A DNA stretch of 20,900 nt from Thermotogota bacterium. GTDB taxonomy: Bacteria; Bipolaricaulota; Bipolaricaulia; UBA7950; UBA9294. The first letter of the stretch is position 1. The number at the start of each line of letters is the position of its first letter. The stretch is from positions 1 through 20,900 of the forward strand of contig JBDKUT010000148.1 of assembly GCA_039679545.1 (NCBI GenBank). The letters are read 5' to 3'. A program made the translations under genes and the position numbers. Under the pieces are notes generated by a model that saw only the letters and a list, made by a program, of their open reading frames with translations, was not told where the DNA came from and searched no databases. Below are positions 17,655-20,900 of the stretch, one piece after another.

Positions 17655-18109
17655 GAATCGAAGTACTCCCCTAGCCTGCGCCGGCCCTCATCGTCGGCCG
17701 CGTGACGGTGGTCAGGGTGCCGATTCAGATCTTCTCCACAGATTGGACAGAGACCGCGGCAGTCCGGGCGGCACAGCACGTTCGGATCGTGGGAGGAGAG
17801 CACAAGCTGAATCGCGTGCGGCCGCACGTCGATGGTCTTCGCCTGAGGGGGAATCGGGAGGGTGAACGATTCGCGCAGTGCGAATGGGATCTCGATCGAA
17901 GCGAGGCACCGCCGACACGGCTGAACAATGTTCGCGGTGATGTCCACGTCTAGGTAGAGCGTGGAGAGTTGAGCGAACGCCTCGCCATCAAGCCAGATCT
18001 TGCCGATCGTTCGCACGCCATCCACCTCGGCGTCCGAACCGTCCAGCACGGCGTGCACCGGAAGCCGCCGGCCCGGCCGGTCGAGGAACTCAAGGACACT
18101 AATCGACAT
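17639..18109 (-). CDS. yceD: YceD/DUF177 family nucleic-acid-binding protein
   Basis: CRRCL and LCRPDCRGLCPICGEDLN Cys motifs; start taken at ATG 18109, overlapping the folP end. Confidence 0.88.
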   Translation of the reverse strand: MSISVLEFLDRPGRRLPVHAVLDGSDAEVDGVRTIGKIWLDGEAFAQLSTLYLDVDITANIVQPCRRCLASIEIPFALRESFTLPIPPQAKTIDVRPHAIQLVLSSHDPNVLCRPDCRGLCPICGEDLNRHPDHRHAADDEGRRRLGEYFDSWSTK

Positions 18110-18932
18110 GTCGTCGCAGGCGGCGAGCCACGTCGGCCGCCCGCCGCCCCTCCCGTACGTCGTGAACACGAATGAGGTCCGCGCCGCGCGCCACAGCGAC
18201 CGCGTGAACCGCCAGAGTTCCCTCAAGACGTTCCTCGGCCGGAAGGTCGAGGATCTCGCCCAGAAACGACTTCCGCGACGCCCCGACCAATACAGGAGGG
18301 CCAAGGTCGGTGAACCGCTCGATGTTCCGTAGAAGCTCGAGGTTGTGGGGCAACCGCTTTCCAAACCCAATTCCGGGATCGACGATGACTCGTCCCCTCG
18401 GGATTCCGGCGGACTCGGCCGCTCGAATTCGTTCGGCAAGAAACTCGCGCACTTCGCCCACCACATCCACATACTCAGGTCGCTTCTGCATCGTGGCCGG
18501 AGTTCCCTGCATGTGCATCAGGATGACGTAGGCGTTGCCGGCGACGGCGATTCGGGCCATGGCCGCGTCGGACCGAAGCGCGCTGATGTCGTTCACGATC
18601 GTAGCCCCCGCCGCCAACGCCTCTGCGGCCACCGCAGACTTCACGGTGTCGACGGAGATGTGGACGTCACTTCGTTGACGAATCCCTTCGATGATCGGAA
18701 CGACACGTGCCGCCTCGACGTCCGCCGGCACCGGCTCCGACCCCGGCCGACTGGATTCGCCGCCCACATCGATCACGTCGGCACCCTCGGCTTCCATCTG
18801 CAAGGCACGCTCGACCGCCTCCGACGCCGCTGGGAACCGGCTCCGTTCGAAGAAGGAATCCGGTGTGGCGTTCAGGATTCCCACCACAAGCACGCGGTCA
18901 CGCCGCTCGAACCACCGCACCAAGTCCACCAT
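18099..18932 (-). CDS. folP: Dihydropteroate synthase
   Basis: GILNATPDSF, GADVIDVGGESSRPG, ISVDT, NDIS, LMHMQG.P..MQ, DPGIGFGK, GASRKSF, RVHDV. Confidence 0.97.
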   Translation of the reverse strand: MVDLVRWFERRDRVLVVGILNATPDSFFERSRFPAASEAVERALQMEAEGADVIDVGGESSRPGSEPVPADVEAARVVPIIEGIRQRSDVHISVDTVKSAVAAEALAAGATIVNDISALRSDAAMARIAVAGNAYVILMHMQGTPATMQKRPEYVDVVGEVREFLAERIRAAESAGIPRGRVIVDPGIGFGKRLPHNLELLRNIERFTDLGPPVLVGASRKSFLGEILDLPAEERLEGTLAVHAVAVARGADLIRVHDVREGRRAADVARRLRRHVD

Positions 18933-18940
18933 CGTGGAGG

Positions 18941-18946
18941 AGTATA
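18941..18946 (-). promoter_or_regulatory. -10 box for the folP-yceD-ruvC-polA operon (likely leaderless)
   Basis: TATACT on the minus strand, 8 nt before the folP ATG; no SD. Confidence 0.55.
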
Positions 18947-18973
18947 CCCGTACCGTGCGGCCCGAAGCGCAGT

Positions 18974-19002
18974 TTGACGGGGTGTCCCACCCCTTCTACA
19001 AT
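18974..19002 (+). promoter_or_regulatory. Sigma70-type promoter for rplI
   Basis: TTGACG (18974-18979), 17-nt spacer, TACAAT (18997-19002). Confidence 0.75.
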
Positions 19003-19029
19003 CACGCGACGATCGAACAACATGGGGTG

Positions 19030-19500
19030 ATGATCATCGCTAAGGTGCTTTTGACAACTACGATTGACAAGGTCGGCCACGTCGGTGAAGTGGTGAACGT
19101 GGCGAGCGGGTTCGCCCGCAACTACCTGTTCCCGCGCGGCCTTGCCATCGAGCCGAGCGAGCACAACATCGCTCGCTTCACGAAGGAAAGGGCCGCCCAC
19201 GAAGCGGAGCTTCTCCAGCGAGCCGAGAAGGCTCGACAACTGAAGGCTAAGTTGGCGGACCAGATGTTCGTCTTTACGCGCAAGGCTCACGGGGACGGCC
19301 ACCTGTACGGATCAGTGCGTTCGGAGGACATCGCCGCCCAGATCGAGGAGACGACCGGCGAGCACATCGAGGCCTCGAAGATCCGCATGGACACGGCCAT
19401 CGAGACGCTCGGCCCGCACGCCGTGACGGTCAGCCTCTACAAGGACATCGCCGTCGACGTGCGCATCCGCGTCGATGAGGAGGGCAAGAAGGAGGAGTAG
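19030..19500 (+). CDS. rplI: 50S ribosomal protein L9
   Basis: KVLL...DKVG..GEVVNVASGFARNYLFPRGLA, G.LYGSV...DIA, IETLGPHAVTVSLY; exact start uncertain (ATG 19030 or ATC 19036). Confidence 0.96.
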   Translation: MIIAKVLLTTTIDKVGHVGEVVNVASGFARNYLFPRGLAIEPSEHNIARFTKERAAHEAELLQRAEKARQLKAKLADQMFVFTRKAHGDGHLYGSVRSEDIAAQIEETTGEHIEASKIRMDTAIETLGPHAVTVSLYKDIAVDVRIRVDEEGKKEE

Positions 19501-19505
19501 CACCT

Positions 19506-19679
19506 ATGTGCGACGGGCGGGAGGGGGAGAACCGTCGCCTGCTGCCTGCTTCCCCGCATTGCCCTCACGGACGAAGCGGGACGGGTTTTGGGGGTCCTCA
19601 ACTCAAGATCCCGAGTCGACCCGGCTCTGTCGGAGTTCGAGAACGTCTTCTCGCACGCCGTCTTCTCCGCTCCCCATGA
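19506..19679 (+). CDS. Possible 57-aa small ORF between rplI and murJ
   Basis: GGAGGAG (end of rplI) 8 nt before ATG 19506; its stop overlaps the murJ start as ATGA; the product is low-complexity and unrecognised. Confidence 0.3.
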   Translation: MCDGREGENRRLLPASPHCPHGRSGTGFGGPQLKIPSRPGSVGVRERLLARRLLRSP

Positions 19680-20900
19680 AAGTCCGGAGGAAAGCCGACG
19701 GTCGCGATCCAGCGGCTCGCCCCCGGAGGATTCGAAAGAGTCTGACCACAGACATTCTTCTTATTGCCCTCGCCACGGGGGTCTCGCGGATCCTGGGTCT
19801 GGTGCGCGACGCATCGATCGCTCGCCAGTTCGGCGCCACGGCAGCGTACGACGCCTTTCTGATCGCATTCTATGTACCTCAGCTTCTCCGACAGCTTCTC
19901 GGCGAGGGAGCCTTGTCGACTGCGTTCGTTCCGCTCTACGCGGGCCTGAGGGAGACGAACGATGACGCCGATCGATTCGCGAGCAACGTCCTTTCGCTTC
20001 TCATGGTTCTCTTTCCGGTCGTTTGCGCCGTGGGCATTCTGCTTGCCCCGGTGTACATTCCGTTCCTCGCGAGCGGGTTCGCGGTGGACAAGCTCACTCT
20101 GACCGTATCGCTCTCTCAATGGCTTTTCCCCTCCATCGCCCTCGTCGGCTTCGGGGCCGTTTTCATGGGCATCCTCAATGCTCACCATCGGTTCTTCGCC
20201 GCCTCGTTCTCCCCCGTATGGTTCAACGCTGGTGTGATTCTCGGCGCGCTCGTGGCAGCCCCGTATTGGCCGGGACCGCCGATCTTCGGCCTCGCGGCCG
20301 GTGCACTCTTGGGAGCGGCGGCGCAGACTGCATCTCAACTACCCTTACTGTGCCGCGTACGCTTCCGCTTCTCGTTTACGTTGTGGCCTGTCCATCCGGA
20401 CGTGCTCATCCTCGCGAAGCGCATGCTGCCCGCGATCGTCGTGCTGGCCATGGCCGATATCAATTTGCTCGTCGACAACAAGTTCGCGTCCTACCTTTCG
20501 GACGGAAACATCGCCGCGCTGCAGTACGCGATGCGCCTGTTCCAGCTTCCTCTCGGGATGTTCGCCGTCAGCATCGGGACGGCTTTGCTGCCCCGTCTCG
20601 CCGTGGCCGACACGAGAGGCGACCCAAGCCTGTTCCGACGCTACTTCGGCGACGGCTTGGCGACGACGGCGCTTGTTCTCATTCCCGCCACCGCCGGACT
20701 CATCTTGGTTGGAAGGGACACCGTCGGCCTTCTCTTCCAGCGCGGGAGCTTTTCCGCGGCCGACACGGTTCGCACCTATTCCATCCTCGTGTCGTACACG
20801 TTCGGTCTCCTCGCCTATGGGTGGGATTACGTCGGGGTTCGCGCCTGCTACGCGCTCGGGCAGACGGCCCTTCCGATCGTGGGGGCCGTGGCGTCCATGG
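19676..20900 (+). CDS. murJ: Lipid II flippase MurJ (MviN), partial, runs off the window
   Basis: Manual translation: ATGVSRILGLVRD..IA..FGA...DAFLIAF.VPQLLRQLLGEGALSTAFVP; later ALQYAMRLFQLPLGMF.VSIGTALLP.L and LFQRGSF. Absent from the ORF track because there is no stop in the window; start position approximate. Confidence 0.95.
   Translation, partial: MKVRRKADGRDPAARPRRIRKSLTTDILLIALATGVSRILGLVRDASIARQFGATAAYDAFLIAFYVPQLLRQLLGEGALSTAFVPLYAGLRETNDDADRFASNVLSLLMVLFPVVCAVGILLAPVYIPFLASGFAVDKLTLTVSLSQWLFPSIALVGFGAVFMGILNAHHRFFAASFSPVWFNAGVILGALVAAPYWPGPPIFGLAAGALLGAAAQTASQLPLLCRVRFRFSFTLWPVHPDVLILAKRMLPAIVVLAMADINLLVDNKFASYLSDGNIAALQYAMRLFQLPLGMFAVSIGTALLPRLAVADTRGDPSLFRRYFGDGLATTALVLIPATAGLILVGRDTVGLLFQRGSFSAADTVRTYSILVSYTFGLLAYGWDYVGVRACYALGQTALPIVGAVASM

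Noticed and set aside
3760..19500. Many long opposite-strand or alternative-frame ORFs (e.g. 3760-4617, 5047-6003, 9417-10334, 10901-12226, 12638-13627, 15215-16684)
   Set aside because: They overlap well-identified genes, are R/G/P-rich with no motifs, and are the shadow ORFs expected in high-GC DNA.
3767..19736. 12-mer ggaggattcgaa repeated at 3767 and 19725
   Set aside because: Some 12-mer matches are expected by chance in 21 kb, and the pair would flank essential core genes.

Overview
High-GC bacterial chromosome segment; an uncultured diderm lineage such as Ca. Bipolaricaulota is a weak guess only. Bases ~3900-20900 are mostly housekeeping: rpsB-tsf-pyrH (-), dnaB and gcvH-gcvPA-gcvPB (+), folP-yceD-ruvC-polA (-), two envelope proteins (CARDB/CsgG-like and small beta-barrel-like) followed by glmM (-), then rplI and a partial murJ (+). 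Bases ~1-3900 look accessory and are visibly more AT-rich. They carry a compact three-gene + strand unit (cold-shock-domain/DUF3825 protein, a 251-aa TIGR04255-like protein, a single-TM coiled-coil protein), then a truncated VirD4/TraD-like ATPase cut off at a long hairpin with a tRNA T-arm-like end, where frr normally follows pyrH. This three-gene unit is the best candidate for an undescribed system. A structured ~170-nt rplI-murJ intergenic element overlapping a small ORF is the second candidate. All family calls come from motif recognition by eye, not database searches.
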